From Candidatus Latescibacterota bacterium (lineage in GTDB: Bacteria; Latescibacterota; UBA2968), in contig OZ242311.1 in the NCBI GenBank assembly GCA_965207885.1, forward strand, positions 4,064,001 to 4,128,000: a DNA stretch of 64,000 bases, written 5' to 3'. The position numbers and the translations under genes were made by a program. Shown piece after piece: positions 27,032-36,986 of the stretch; position 1 is the first letter of the stretch, and the number at the start of each line of letters is the position of its first letter. The notes below the pieces were generated by a model. It saw nothing but the letters and a program-made list of their open reading frames with translations. It searched no databases and was not told where the DNA came from.

Positions 27032-29396
27032 GTATTTTTTGCAAATCACGCTGCAATCGCCGCTGACCTCTGCCGCAGGTGAGGGACGTGTGGGCGTGGT
27101 TGACCGTGACATAGCTTTTGATGACCTCGGGCTACCTATTCTCCCCGGCAGGCGACTCAAAGGGCTGTGGCGCGAAGCCTATCGCGATGTCGCCGATGCG
27201 TGGGCTTTATACGGTGAATCTTCAATACCGGTAGAGCATATTTTCGGCGAGTCAGGACAGGGAGATGCTTGCATGTTTGTTGCCAATGCTGAATTGCAAG
27301 AGGCGTCTTCTTTAAGAGAATGGTTGAGATATTTACAACATGATAAAAAATTTCACCTTGACGATGTTGTGGAGCACTTTGCCTCTGTGCGTGCCCAGAC
27401 CGCGATTGACCGCAGGACTGGCGCAGCACTTGATAATACGCTCCGTCTCACCCGTACCTTGAAAGCAGATCTGGTATTTCGAGCGCGTGTGCGCTTCTTT
27501 GAGGCTCCAGATGATGAGTTGCTCAGTGCCCTATCTCTGGGATCCGCGGCTTTGCAACACATGGGAACAGCGCGGACCCGCGGTCTCGGCAAGGTCCGTT
27601 GTCGTTTGCTTGTACGCGATGCGAGTGGGCAATGCCGGGACTTGACAGACGAAGTCCTGAGCAAAAATGCGCTTCCTTCAATTACCCAAACGGCCTCCAA
27701 TCAACCAGCCCAAACCTCAAAGGCTCATGTGACTTCCTCATCTCGTTCAACTTGTACGGTCCCCACCCACATATTGCGCTATCGGATTGTGTTGACAGCA
27801 CCAGCAGTTATCCCAACAGTAGATGGCGACCCGAATACTGTTGTGACCCGGAGAGATATTCCCGGAAGCAATATCTGGGGGGCTGCTGCCTATCGTTACC
27901 TGAGCCAAGCGAATCATACGCCTGAAGATGGTGCGTTTCGCCACGCCTTTCTCGATGGGGGCTTGCGATTCTTGGCGGCTTACCCAGAAGCAGATGATCC
28001 CGAAGTGTACAATGGAATGCCTCAACGCCTGATTCCCATTCCCCACTCAATACGCAAATTTAAGGAAGGCGAAGAACTGATAGATTTTGTGGAATCATCA
28101 CCAGGGGAGGATCCAATAAAGCGTCTTGATCGTCGATACGCTATCATTAGTGGAGTCAGTTTGAAAACACAAGCTGTCAAGACGGAATTGAATTACCATC
28201 ACGCCCGCGCCAGAGATCGTCGCATAGGTCGTGCTCTTGGTGCAATGGTTCCAGATGGCGGTGCCTTCTTCACGTATGAGGCCATCGAGGCTGGACAGTC
28301 GTTTCAAGGGGCTATCCTGGGTTCCAAGGATGATCTAAAAGCTCTGCAATCCTATTTAAAAGGGGGGCAGATAAGAATAGGACGGTCGCGTAGCGCACAG
28401 TACGGTGAGGCGGAATTTGAATGGATTGATGGTGCCCCAAAGGAATTGAGCAGGTTTGTTGAGTGGGATGGATTCGTTGAACAGCAGCCCGCCAGTGTCC
28501 CAAATTCTGGTGCGTGTCTTATCATCACCACCTTATCGCCCTTGTTGACCGTCAACGATTATGGGCATCCGGAGGCGCGCTTTCCCGAGCGTGAGTTGGC
28601 TAACGCTCTGGGGCTGGAGACTTCGGATCTCAGACTATCGCGCAGTTATACCCGCACAGATTTGATTGGTGGATATAATTCCCACCTGCGCCTCCCGCGT
28701 CAGCAATGGCCCGCTATCGCCTCTGGTAGTGTTTTTGTGTTTAAGGCTGAAAAAACACTTGATCAGGAACGTCTCTTGCAATTAGAACACAATGGCCTGG
28801 GGTTACGGAAAGGAGAAGGGTATGGTCGCATTGCTGTCAATCGACAGGGTAGCCTCGGTTTGTCAGGCTGCGAAGAAACCCAACTCGACAATCTCGATAG
28901 GCTACCCGATTCGCCAAACTCAGCGATGCCACAGAGTGTCCATGATCTGATATATGGCGTCGTGAGATCGCGTTGCCTAACTGAGATGCAGCAGCGTGCT
29001 ATAACTATCGCCAGGTCGAACGATAATATCCCAAAAAATGCCCTTCTTGGACGGATGCGTTTGTTTCTTCAACAGAACTCACGCGACGAAAGTTTGAGAC
29101 AACTACGTGATCCTGCAAAGGACCAACTAACGAAATATCAGATTGACATGAGTGGTTTCGGTATAACGGATGATTGGTCGCCGCAAATGACGATGTATGA
29201 ATTGTTCAAGAAGGCCTGGACAGAACCGGAGTCTCTAACGCGACAAATGATTGAAAGTCATGTCCATGAGGATATTGTCGAAGATGCCGACATGCGCCAG
29301 ACTCTAATTAACAAACTGGTTGCAGACGATAGCGCGGAGATGTGTACAGTGTTTCTCGATCACCTGCTTACAGCACTGCGCCGTAAATCAAAATAG
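27024..29396 (+). CDS. csx10: Cas7-Cas5(Csx10)-Cas11-like fusion of type III-D/III-Dv
   Basis: N-terminal Cas7 (GEG...DRDI, LPGRRLKG, TAID..TG, G..RTRGLG); middle Cas5 RAMP (IPGS..WG, IGRSRSAQYG, GLGLRKGEGYG); helical C-terminus consistent with Cas11. Confidence 0.85.
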   Translation: MTEYFLQITLQSPLTSAAGEGRVGVVDRDIAFDDLGLPILPGRRLKGLWREAYRDVADAWALYGESSIPVEHIFGESGQGDACMFVANAELQEASSLREWLRYLQHDKKFHLDDVVEHFASVRAQTAIDRRTGAALDNTLRLTRTLKADLVFRARVRFFEAPDDELLSALSLGSAALQHMGTARTRGLGKVRCRLLVRDASGQCRDLTDEVLSKNALPSITQTASNQPAQTSKAHVTSSSRSTCTVPTHILRYRIVLTAPAVIPTVDGDPNTVVTRRDIPGSNIWGAAAYRYLSQANHTPEDGAFRHAFLDGGLRFLAAYPEADDPEVYNGMPQRLIPIPHSIRKFKEGEELIDFVESSPGEDPIKRLDRRYAIISGVSLKTQAVKTELNYHHARARDRRIGRALGAMVPDGGAFFTYEAIEAGQSFQGAILGSKDDLKALQSYLKGGQIRIGRSRSAQYGEAEFEWIDGAPKELSRFVEWDGFVEQQPASVPNSGACLIITTLSPLLTVNDYGHPEARFPERELANALGLETSDLRLSRSYTRTDLIGGYNSHLRLPRQQWPAIASGSVFVFKAEKTLDQERLLQLEHNGLGLRKGEGYGRIAVNRQGSLGLSGCEETQLDNLDRLPDSPNSAMPQSVHDLIYGVVRSRCLTEMQQRAITIARSNDNIPKNALLGRMRLFLQQNSRDESLRQLRDPAKDQLTKYQIDMSGFGITDDWSPQMTMYELFKKAWTEPESLTRQMIESHVHEDIVEDADMRQTLINKLVADDSAEMCTVFLDHLLTALRRKSK

Positions 29397-29415
29397 CAAA
29401 ATAAGGACGAATAGC

Positions 29416-30870
29416 ATGGCGAATACTAAGACCTCCAAGATTAAAGACACCATTGTGCGTCGTTTATATGCGCGAGGGAAGTGGAAGCTGGACAGTGTGG
29501 CGCACTTTGGTGGAGATGAAACAGGTATAGCAGATATGTGTCTCCTGCGGGATGCGGAAGGAAAACCCTTTATTCCAGCCGCATCTATCGCTGGCGTAGC
29601 GCGGAGTTTTCTGGCCCGGGTGAGTAAGCCCTGGACGAAATACCAAAAGGGGGATGAGGGCAAAATACTCAAACAGCTTTTTGGCGGAGCGGGCGAAAAG
29701 GATACTATGAGTGCCTTAATTGTTGCCGATGCTGCTTGCAAAAATTCCCAAACGTCAATCCGCGATGGCGTGCGCGTGGATACTCAATCGGGTTCTGCCG
29801 CTGAGGGGACAAAGTTCGATGTGGAAGTTGTCGAGCGCGGGGCTGAGTTTGAGTTGCGTCTGGAGTGCGTTATCCGTGATGGAGACGATAGCCAAGGATT
29901 GGAGAAGTTATTTTTAGCCCTCTTACATGGATTCAAAGCAGGTGAGATCCGATTGGGCGCACGTACCCGTCGGGGCTATGGACGCGGCAAGGTAGCGTCC
30001 TGGAAAATACGCGATTTGAAGATGAACGATCCAGAGGATGTTATGGCCTGGCTACGCGATAAGGTCTGTTCTCGTCCCGCGAGTGATTTGACACCATGTC
30101 CTTTGCCATCTGATCAACGACAATACTTCCGCCTTGAAGCAGATTTTATTCTGCGGACGTCTCTGTTAATCCGCAGTTCACCTTCTGATCCAAAATCTCC
30201 AGACATGGTTCATCTGCACTCTGCTGGAGAGCCTGTTGTTCCCGGTACATCCTTTGCCGGTGCATTTCGACATCGCGCATCCCTGATCGCAAGTACCATT
30301 GGCTGGCCTGAGGATTCGGTGAGTGAAATATTCGGCCCTGTGCATGAACAAGATGTCAAAGACCCACAAAAAGATTTGTGGGCAAGTCGGGTATGGATTG
30401 AGGAAAAGCTGGTGAAGAATGTGGAATCGCGGTGGCAGGATCGCGTTGCTATTGATCGGTTTACCGGAGGTAGTTTGCAGAGTGCCTTGTTTAACGAAAA
30501 ACCCATTTTCCCACAGAAATCTACGCCACATCTCAAGTTAAAACTGACGTTAGAAGAACCGGATGATGCGGAAATCGGCTTGTTGTTCTTAACTTTGCGC
30601 GACTTCTGGAATGGACATGCCGCTCTGGGCGGAGAAACGAGCAATGGTCGCGGTACTCTCCAGGGTTTTAAAGCTGAGTTGCAATTGAAGCGGCGCAAAT
30701 CGTCAAAGGCTGAGTGGGAGTTTTCGCAGTATAATAGCGGTATGACTCTTGTTGGGTGTAGTGGTGATGCTTCATTCTTCGAATGTTGCGTACAAAAAGC
30801 CCAATCGCCTTCTAAACATCCCGATGGATCACGGCGGCCTAAAAAAGAAAAGGTGACCACCGATGACTAA
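29416..30870 (+). CDS. Tandem Cas7-Cas7 RAMP (Csm3-like, type III-D)
   Basis: Two RAMP units: PFIPAASIAG...LGARTRRGYG and PVVPGTSFAG...RVAIDRFTGG...LGGETSNGRG. Confidence 0.88.
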   Translation: MANTKTSKIKDTIVRRLYARGKWKLDSVAHFGGDETGIADMCLLRDAEGKPFIPAASIAGVARSFLARVSKPWTKYQKGDEGKILKQLFGGAGEKDTMSALIVADAACKNSQTSIRDGVRVDTQSGSAAEGTKFDVEVVERGAEFELRLECVIRDGDDSQGLEKLFLALLHGFKAGEIRLGARTRRGYGRGKVASWKIRDLKMNDPEDVMAWLRDKVCSRPASDLTPCPLPSDQRQYFRLEADFILRTSLLIRSSPSDPKSPDMVHLHSAGEPVVPGTSFAGAFRHRASLIASTIGWPEDSVSEIFGPVHEQDVKDPQKDLWASRVWIEEKLVKNVESRWQDRVAIDRFTGGSLQSALFNEKPIFPQKSTPHLKLKLTLEEPDDAEIGLLFLTLRDFWNGHAALGGETSNGRGTLQGFKAELQLKRRKSSKAEWEFSQYNSGMTLVGCSGDASFFECCVQKAQSPSKHPDGSRRPKKEKVTTDD

Positions 30871-31414
30871 AGAAACACACAAAAAACTCGATGAAAAATT
30901 GGTTTGTTCAAATCTGTCTAATGTAACAGAGAAGGACACGGCGTGGGTCTTATTGCAGGAGCCGGGGTTTATCGGCTTTGGCGTGGTGCAGTCGGACAAA
31001 ATCTGCTGGCCTCCAGATGTGCAACCGGATTGGACTCGGGTTAGCGATCTCCGCCTATTTGGTGAAAAAGGTGAATGGCATGTATGGTCTCACTGGAACG
31101 AAGGTTGGCAAAGCCGTTGGCTGAAAGCGGAGGACATAGACGATGCCCTGACAGAGTGTCACGCACTCTGGGGAACAGATTTTCAATCCGGTACACCCCC
31201 TTGGGTAAAGTTGATGGAAGATCGCGGAATAGAGATATGGCTACCATTAGTAAATTTGGAATGTCGTCATCTACCGCTACGCCTAAAACTTAAACAGGTG
31301 ATTGGCTATGATGATAAAAGCGGCCTTGCAGGTATTACCGATGCTGCTCTTGTGGCACTGGTTAGCAAAGATGGTAAAACAGTGTGGGATCCACCTGATT
31401 TTCCGCTGGACTGA
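30863..31414 (+). CDS. csx19: Type III-D protein Csx19 (TIGR03984-like)
   Basis: LRLFGEKGEWHVW, LWGT, EDRG motifs; size and position after double cas7. Confidence 0.82.
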   Translation: MTKETHKKLDEKLVCSNLSNVTEKDTAWVLLQEPGFIGFGVVQSDKICWPPDVQPDWTRVSDLRLFGEKGEWHVWSHWNEGWQSRWLKAEDIDDALTECHALWGTDFQSGTPPWVKLMEDRGIEIWLPLVNLECRHLPLRLKLKQVIGYDDKSGLAGITDAALVALVSKDGKTVWDPPDFPLD

Positions 31415-31476
31415 GAACCTGTTAGAAAGGACTGCATAACTATGCCCCAAAACCACGAAACAATATTCAGTCTCAT

Positions 31477-31499
31477 ACCTGCCGCTGGGCAGGTTTTTT
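31477..31499 (+). terminator. Intrinsic terminator after the cas effector operon
   Basis: ACCTGCC-GCTG-GGCAGGT followed by TTTTT. Confidence 0.6.
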
Positions 31500-31803
31500 G
31501 TATCCAATTGGAATCTTCCTATAAGCTGTTTTAGAACTCATTCTGATCTCTTACGAAAGCGATCTGGACTCCTACGTTCGCAGGAGATTCCTTAGTTTAC
31601 CCTTTAAATTGATGCGGATGGGGGGGATAAAGGGTGCCTTTTATCTGTGTTTATCGGTGTGAAACGCTCAAATTACTCGCGTTTCTTCTGTGGTTGCTTT
31701 GGGTTTTAAAACGCGTTCTTATGCGGATGCTTTTCGGGCTTTTCAGGTAAGGCGTAGTATGAAGATTGCGGGTATGCCGTATAATTTTTAACAGGAGGTT
31801 CGG

Positions 31804-31980
31804 ATGCTGGAAATACCAGGCGTGTCGGAAAGCGTAAATTCAATTGTCTCGGTTATTGTCATCGTAGTGTTGGCTTTTTTGGTTTTAAAATTTTTGGGCA
31901 AGGTAGGCAAGTTTCTTGTGATCGTATTTTTTATCCTTGTAGCCTTGTACTTTTTATTTCCTGCTCTGACCGCTCAATAA
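31804..31980 (+). CDS. Small two-helix membrane protein (58 aa)
   Basis: RBS AGGAGG; MLEIPGVSESVNSIVSVIVIVVLAFLVLKFLGKVGKFLVIVFFILVALYFLFPALTAQ. Confidence 0.65.
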   Translation: MLEIPGVSESVNSIVSVIVIVVLAFLVLKFLGKVGKFLVIVFFILVALYFLFPALTAQ

Positions 31981-32043
31981 AAACGTCGGAAAATACTGAG
32001 GCGATTAAACCAATTCGCCTTTTGAATACGCTATAAAAAAATT

Positions 32044-32196
32044 ATGCCCAAACTGATCACGCTTTTTGCCGTCATCGCGCTTTTGATCTGTCTGCTGTCG
32101 CTGTTCTCACAGAGCCGTTTTTCTCTGTCTCTGGATGTGGACAGTGCAGCGCCGTATCTTGCAGCCGACGGATATGATGGGCGTAATACCAATTAA
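32044..32196 (+). pseudogene. Possible truncated remnant of a secreted protein (signal peptide + FSLSLDVD motif)
   Basis: MPKLITLFAVIALLICLLSLFSQSRFSLSLDVDSAA then stops at 50 aa. Confidence 0.35.
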
Positions 32197-32257
32197 TCGC
32201 GGATAACAAGAATATTTACGAGCCACTTCTGGCGCGTTAAAAAGTTGGAGGGTAAGC

Positions 32258-33244
32258 ATGTCGTTGAAATTACGCGCTCTTATCTGGGGTACTGTTTTGT
32301 TGATGGGAGTTTTATCTAATATGGGTACTGCGTGGGCGCAGATACCACCACAAGATGTGGTCGTTTTGCCCAGGGAGCAACTGACTATCAGGTCTGTCGG
32401 CGATGTGTTTCAGGATTGTCTAGTTTGTCCAGAGGTGGTCATTTTACCACCGGGGCATTTTCTGATGGGATCCGTAAGACGAGGGCTGGAAACTGTGACG
32501 CGGAACGAGATGCCGCAGCATCTGGTGACGATAGGACAGCCCATAGTCGTGGGGCGATATGAGGTGACGTTTGCCCAATGGGAGGCTTGTGTGAGGGATG
32601 GGGGCTGCAACGGCTATAAGCCGAAAGATGAGAAGTGGGGCAGGGGCAATCGCCCGGTGATCCATGTGGATTGGGATGACGCGCAGGGCTATGTCTCGTG
32701 GCTCAGTCGTAAGACGGGAAAGCCGTATCGTCTGCTGAGTGAGGCCGAGTGGGAGTATGCCGCGCGGGCTGGTACGACAACGCCCTATTATTGGGGGGAC
32801 GACCCGCGAAGGACTGAGATTTGCGCGTATGCAAATGCGGGTCCCTATCATCGCTGTGCGGATAAAACCCTGCCTGTCGGGTCGTTGCGTCCGAATAACT
32901 TTGGTTTGTACGATATGAGCGGCAATGTGCTGGAGTGGACAGCGGACTGCTGGAATGATACCTACGACGGCGCGCCCTCACAGGGCAGTGCCTGGCAAGA
33001 GGGGAATTGCAAGATGCGGGTTCTTCGGGGCGGGTCCTGGTACGAGCATGCGCGTATGGATGTTGTCGGCCCTTTTCGTTCTGCCGCACGCCATCGCGGC
33101 GGTGGGAGCGCAAAATACATCGGCTTTCGGGTTGCGCGGACGATGGCTGTGGCGCCAAATCCCTACCGTGGGCAGCGTGAATATCGGGAGGGAATGCCCC
33201 AACAACAACCTTCCCGAGAACGGCCCGAGTCCAGGTCGCCGTGA
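32258..33244 (+). CDS. Formylglycine-generating enzyme (SUMF1/FGE-sulfatase) family exported protein
   Basis: FLMGS, YEVTFAQW, PVIHVDWDDA, RLLSEAEWEYAARAG, NNFGLYDMSGNVLEW, RGGSW, IGFRVAR. Confidence 0.9.
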   Translation: MSLKLRALIWGTVLLMGVLSNMGTAWAQIPPQDVVVLPREQLTIRSVGDVFQDCLVCPEVVILPPGHFLMGSVRRGLETVTRNEMPQHLVTIGQPIVVGRYEVTFAQWEACVRDGGCNGYKPKDEKWGRGNRPVIHVDWDDAQGYVSWLSRKTGKPYRLLSEAEWEYAARAGTTTPYYWGDDPRRTEICAYANAGPYHRCADKTLPVGSLRPNNFGLYDMSGNVLEWTADCWNDTYDGAPSQGSAWQEGNCKMRVLRGGSWYEHARMDVVGPFRSAARHRGGGSAKYIGFRVARTMAVAPNPYRGQREYREGMPQQQPSRERPESRSP

Positions 33245-33254
33245 AAATTGGTCC

Positions 33255-33280
33255 GTAGGGGCAGGTCTTGTGCCTGCCCG
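33255..33280 (+). repeat. GTAG-type REP-like hairpin
   Basis: GTAGGGGCAGG-TCTTGTG-CCTGCCC; related to the 20997 copy. Confidence 0.6.
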
Positions 33281-33382
33281 TCGTCCGTAGGGCTGGCATT
33301 TGACAATGTCTTTGGGCAGATATATCTTTTGAAATCTACCTCTGTGTTTGCCACATGGATTTCTATAGAGAGGATGTGGTCC

Positions 33383-34960
33383 ATGCGCTTCTTCAATACG
33401 ACCGGCCCGGTGGTGGCAGCAGACCATTACTGCATCCCGCCTCTGGAACGGCTGAACCTTGTCGATGTGCGCCGGCTTATCCGCGACAAACGCTACTTTG
33501 TTTTGCACGCGCCCCGGCAGACGGGCAAGACTTCGGCATTGTTGGCGCTGCGCGATTTGCTCAATGCCGAAGACGCCTACCGGTGTGTGTACGTCAATAT
33601 CGAAGGAGGGCAGGCCGCACGCGAAGATGTGGAACAGGTGATGCGTACCATTCTGGGCGAACTGGCATCCTGGGCGCGTTCGACACTGGGCGACGAATTT
33701 TTGGACGATATTTGGCCCGACATTCTGGCAAAATACGGACCTCACGGTGCCCTGCGCGAAGCGTTGACGCGCTGGACTGAGGCGAACTCAAAACCCCTGG
33801 TACTGCTTATTGATGAGATCGATGCTCTGATTGGCGATTCTCTATTGTCTGTGCTGCGGCAGTTGCGGGCTGGCTATGTCCGCCGTCCAGCGGGTTTTCC
33901 GCAGAGTGTGGTGCTGTGCGGGGTGCGCGATGTGCGCGATTATCGTATCCATTCCACCGCAGAGAACGCACTTATTGCCGGTGGCAGTGCGTTCAATATC
34001 AGAGCGCGATCCCTTCGCCTGGGCGATTTCTCGCGGGACGAGGTGATTGCTCTGCTCAATCAGCATACAGAGGAGACGGGACAGGTGTTCACCGCCGATG
34101 CGCTGGAGACGGTCTGGACACAGACGCAAGGGCAACCCTATCTGGTGAACGCGCTGGCGGATGAGACCTGTTTTCATGACGGGGACACAGCAGACCGACT
34201 TCGTCCGATCACCGCAGACGACATCCTCGAAGCGCAAGAGCAACTCATCCTGCGCCGAGAAACACATTTGGATCAGTTGGCCGATAAGTTGCAGGAAGAA
34301 CGCGTACAGCGCGTGATTGAACCGCTGCTGAGTGGTGGAGAGGACAGCGACTTCTCCACGCGCGACCTCGAGTACGTCCGCGACCTGGGTTTGATTGCAT
34401 CCGAAGATCCACTCCGTATTGCCAATCCGATCTACGCGGAAATCGTCCCACGCGAATTGACCTACGCAGCCCAGGTGGGACTTAATGAGGATACAGCCTG
34501 GTATGTCAATGCTGATGGCAGCTTGAATGTAGTCAAGCTGATGACCGAGTTTCAGACTTTTTTCCGCGAGCATTCAGAGCATTGGGTGACGCGGTTCCAA
34601 TATCAGGAGGCGGGTCCGCAGTTGCTGTTGCAGGCGTTTTTGCAGCGCATTGTGAACAGTGGCGGGCGCATTGAACGGGAGTATGGTTTGGGACGTGGAC
34701 GCACCGATCTGTTGATCTTATGGCCGCAGGGCGATCAGACGCACAAAATCGTGATTGAATGTAAATTGCTCCACAAGAGTCTGGACCAGACCATTGCCGA
34801 GGGTCTGGAACAGACGGCGGAATACATGGATCGCTGCAATGCAGAGGCAGGCCATCTGGTGATTTTTGACCGTCGCGCAGGCAGGCGTTGGGAGGATAAG
34901 GTGTTCCACCGTCGCCGTGCGTCTGAAGGTGGTGTTGAGATAGACGTATGGGGCATGTGA
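33383..34960 (+). CDS. AAA-family ATPase with C-terminal PD-(D/E)XK-like domain
   Basis: MRFFNTTGP, Walker A APRQTGKT, Walker B LLIDEID, C-terminal GRTDL...IECK. Confidence 0.88.
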   Translation: MRFFNTTGPVVAADHYCIPPLERLNLVDVRRLIRDKRYFVLHAPRQTGKTSALLALRDLLNAEDAYRCVYVNIEGGQAAREDVEQVMRTILGELASWARSTLGDEFLDDIWPDILAKYGPHGALREALTRWTEANSKPLVLLIDEIDALIGDSLLSVLRQLRAGYVRRPAGFPQSVVLCGVRDVRDYRIHSTAENALIAGGSAFNIRARSLRLGDFSRDEVIALLNQHTEETGQVFTADALETVWTQTQGQPYLVNALADETCFHDGDTADRLRPITADDILEAQEQLILRRETHLDQLADKLQEERVQRVIEPLLSGGEDSDFSTRDLEYVRDLGLIASEDPLRIANPIYAEIVPRELTYAAQVGLNEDTAWYVNADGSLNVVKLMTEFQTFFREHSEHWVTRFQYQEAGPQLLLQAFLQRIVNSGGRIEREYGLGRGRTDLLILWPQGDQTHKIVIECKLLHKSLDQTIAEGLEQTAEYMDRCNAEAGHLVIFDRRAGRRWEDKVFHRRRASEGGVEIDVWGM

Positions 34961-35020
34961 TCCTTTGCGTCTTGTTCATCTGTTGATGACTGCAAGAAGG
35001 TTTAAATATTATCTCAATAG

Positions 35021-35437
35021 GTTGCGTACCCACTGCCGCAACTCGATGAACGCGGCAAGGCACGCCTGACTACGTGGTTGGTTGATCAACACCGATTGGG
35101 CGTCAAATATCCGGAAATACTACAGCAAACGATCACGGAGGTGGAACAGCAAAAGGATTTGTCCGTCCACGACCGTGCAGACCGGCTTCTTCAGTACATT
35201 GGAGATCAAACTGTAGAGATCGGCACAGAATGTGTTTTCACGCCCGAAGAAATGCTCTCCACAGCGATAGCAGCATGGTCGGAATCCCTCAGCCAGGAAG
35301 AGGTGCAATATCTACTAAATTATTTGGATAATCAGGGTTGGATAGCACTACGTGAATATCCTCCAGGTAAATACACAATATCGGTCAGATACACCCTAAC
35401 GGTCGAAGGATACGCTCGGCTTGCAGAGCTTAAGTAA
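35021..35437 (+). pseudogene. Gene fragment with winged-helix-like segment, lacking a clear start and probably its C-terminal domain
   Basis: Frame open from 35021 with no ATG/RBS; ARLTTWLVDQ..., RADRLLQYI..., LTVEGYARL then an abrupt stop. Confidence 0.45.
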
Positions 35438-35990
35438 GGCAAAAAATGAAGTATTCCAGTTGGAGCTTGAGTGGCTAAATCCGGGCTATCCCTCCTATAA
35501 AATTTCTTTAAAAAACAAAAGCCGCCAAACCGCAAAAAATATTTATTGTCTCGCGATATTCTTTGACGAAAAACAAAAAATAATCGGTATGGATCATATA
35601 AAAGTACCTGAAATAGGTGGTTTAGAGAAAGAGGAGGTAAGGCGTGAGAGTATTTTCACTTACGAGAGTGGGAAGGAAGAGAAAGAATTCAAAAATTGGG
35701 TTTCGAGAATGAATGATGATCAGCGGGTTCGTGTATTAACCGACCAGCTCATTGAGGATTCTAACCAGCTCATTGAGAAGTCAAAAGAAATTTTGGAAAG
35801 GGTAAAAAGAAATCAATCGATTACGAATGATGAGGCTCGTGTATATGCTCGACAAAATTTTGAGAACTTTAAAGAAATTAACGACTATAATTTTCTTGCC
35901 CCTGATATGAAAAAGAAGGACTGGCAAACAGCAATTCTTGAATATAAACTGGAGGGAAATTTTACGATTCGATATGACGTGGGTAAGTAG
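35421..35990 (+). CDS. Hypothetical AT-rich ORF, possibly a fragment
   Basis: 189-codon open frame; start uncertain. Confidence 0.4.
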   Translation: MQSLSKAKNEVFQLELEWLNPGYPSYKISLKNKSRQTAKNIYCLAIFFDEKQKIIGMDHIKVPEIGGLEKEEVRRESIFTYESGKEEKEFKNWVSRMNDDQRVRVLTDQLIEDSNQLIEKSKEILERVKRNQSITNDEARVYARQNFENFKEINDYNFLAPDMKKKDWQTAILEYKLEGNFTIRYDVGK

Positions 35991-36056
35991 TCGCCCCTGA
36001 GGCGCGATTATCATCTGTTGCTTCGGGAGTAGGGATAGTAATAAAAAAAGGACAGC

Positions 36057-36374
36057 ATGATGATGGACCAAACAATCTTGGACAACATTATTCGTCGAAT
36101 TGTGGCAGTGGCTGATCCGGAGAAGATCATCCTGTTCGGGTCTGCTGCGCGAGGCAATATGAATCGTCATAGCGATGTCGATTTGCTCATCGTCAAGGAG
36201 GGTGAGGATCCACTCGATCTCATGGGACAGATTTACCAGAATTTGCACGGAGTAGGTGCAGCCGTTGACGCTATCGTGGTCACGCCCCAGGCCATCGAGC
36301 GCTACAAGGATAGCCACGCCCTGATTATCAAGCCCGCGCTGCAGGAAGGAAAGGTCATCTATGAATCTCCCTGA
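36057..36374 (+). CDS. Minimal nucleotidyltransferase (MNT) antitoxin
   Basis: IILFGSAARG...SDVDLLIV; overlaps a HEPN gene. Confidence 0.9.
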   Translation: MMMDQTILDNIIRRIVAVADPEKIILFGSAARGNMNRHSDVDLLIVKEGEDPLDLMGQIYQNLHGVGAAVDAIVVTPQAIERYKDSHALIIKPALQEGKVIYESP

Positions 36375-36753
36375 ACGCTTTCCTCCGGACGATCCTCGGG
36401 AATGGATGAACCGCGCCCGAAGTGACCTGACGCAAGCAAAGAGCCAGGTGCCTGGCGTCTATTTTGAAAATTTGTGCTTCAATGCGCAGCAGGCAGCCGA
36501 AAAGGCTATCAAAGCCGTGATGATCACACGCAATATCGAGTTCCCTTTTGTGCATGACCTTGCCCGTCTGTTATCACTACTCATAGAAGAGAAAAAGTCT
36601 ATACCATCGGCAATCAGTCGAGCCAGTGTATTGACCAAATATGCCACCATTACGCGCTATCCCGGCGACATCAGGCCCGTTACCGAAGCAGAGTATCGGG
36701 AAGCCATAGCCATTGCCGAAGCCGTCGTCCATTGGGCTGAGGAGCAGATATGA
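36361..36753 (+). CDS. HEPN domain protein (MNT-HEPN toxin-antitoxin pair)
   Basis: A.SDL, CFNAQQAAEKAIKA, HDLARL, TRYP. Confidence 0.9.
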   Translation: MNLPERFPPDDPREWMNRARSDLTQAKSQVPGVYFENLCFNAQQAAEKAIKAVMITRNIEFPFVHDLARLLSLLIEEKKSIPSAISRASVLTKYATITRYPGDIRPVTEAEYREAIAIAEAVVHWAEEQI

Positions 36754-36986
36754 TCCCAAAGCATGCAAGCGTCTGGTGCAAAAAAGTAAGCATTGGCCGG
36801 GTGATTCCCTTACATCTCACACCCGACCAGGAGTGGCAGATCGGGGAGAACAGGTATATGAATTTTTATATCTGAATGGTGGACACAATTCTGGAACCTG
36901 GAGTTGGGGAAAGCCAGGGCCAGCCAATGGTGCACTGCTTTTTCCAGATGCGCTTGAGTTCTTTTTTACACAGATACGGGGTTGAT

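Noticed and set aside
31442-31534. 30-aa ORF containing LIPAAG (nucleotidyltransferase-like start)
   Set aside because: Too short to support, and the motif coincides with the terminator hairpin.
19270-33244. Diversity-generating retroelement (RT plus FGE/C-type-lectin-fold target at 32258-33244)
   Set aside because: The RT has group II intron motifs (PQG, domain X, HNH), not DGR motifs. No template repeat matching the FGE 3' end and no avd-like gene was seen.
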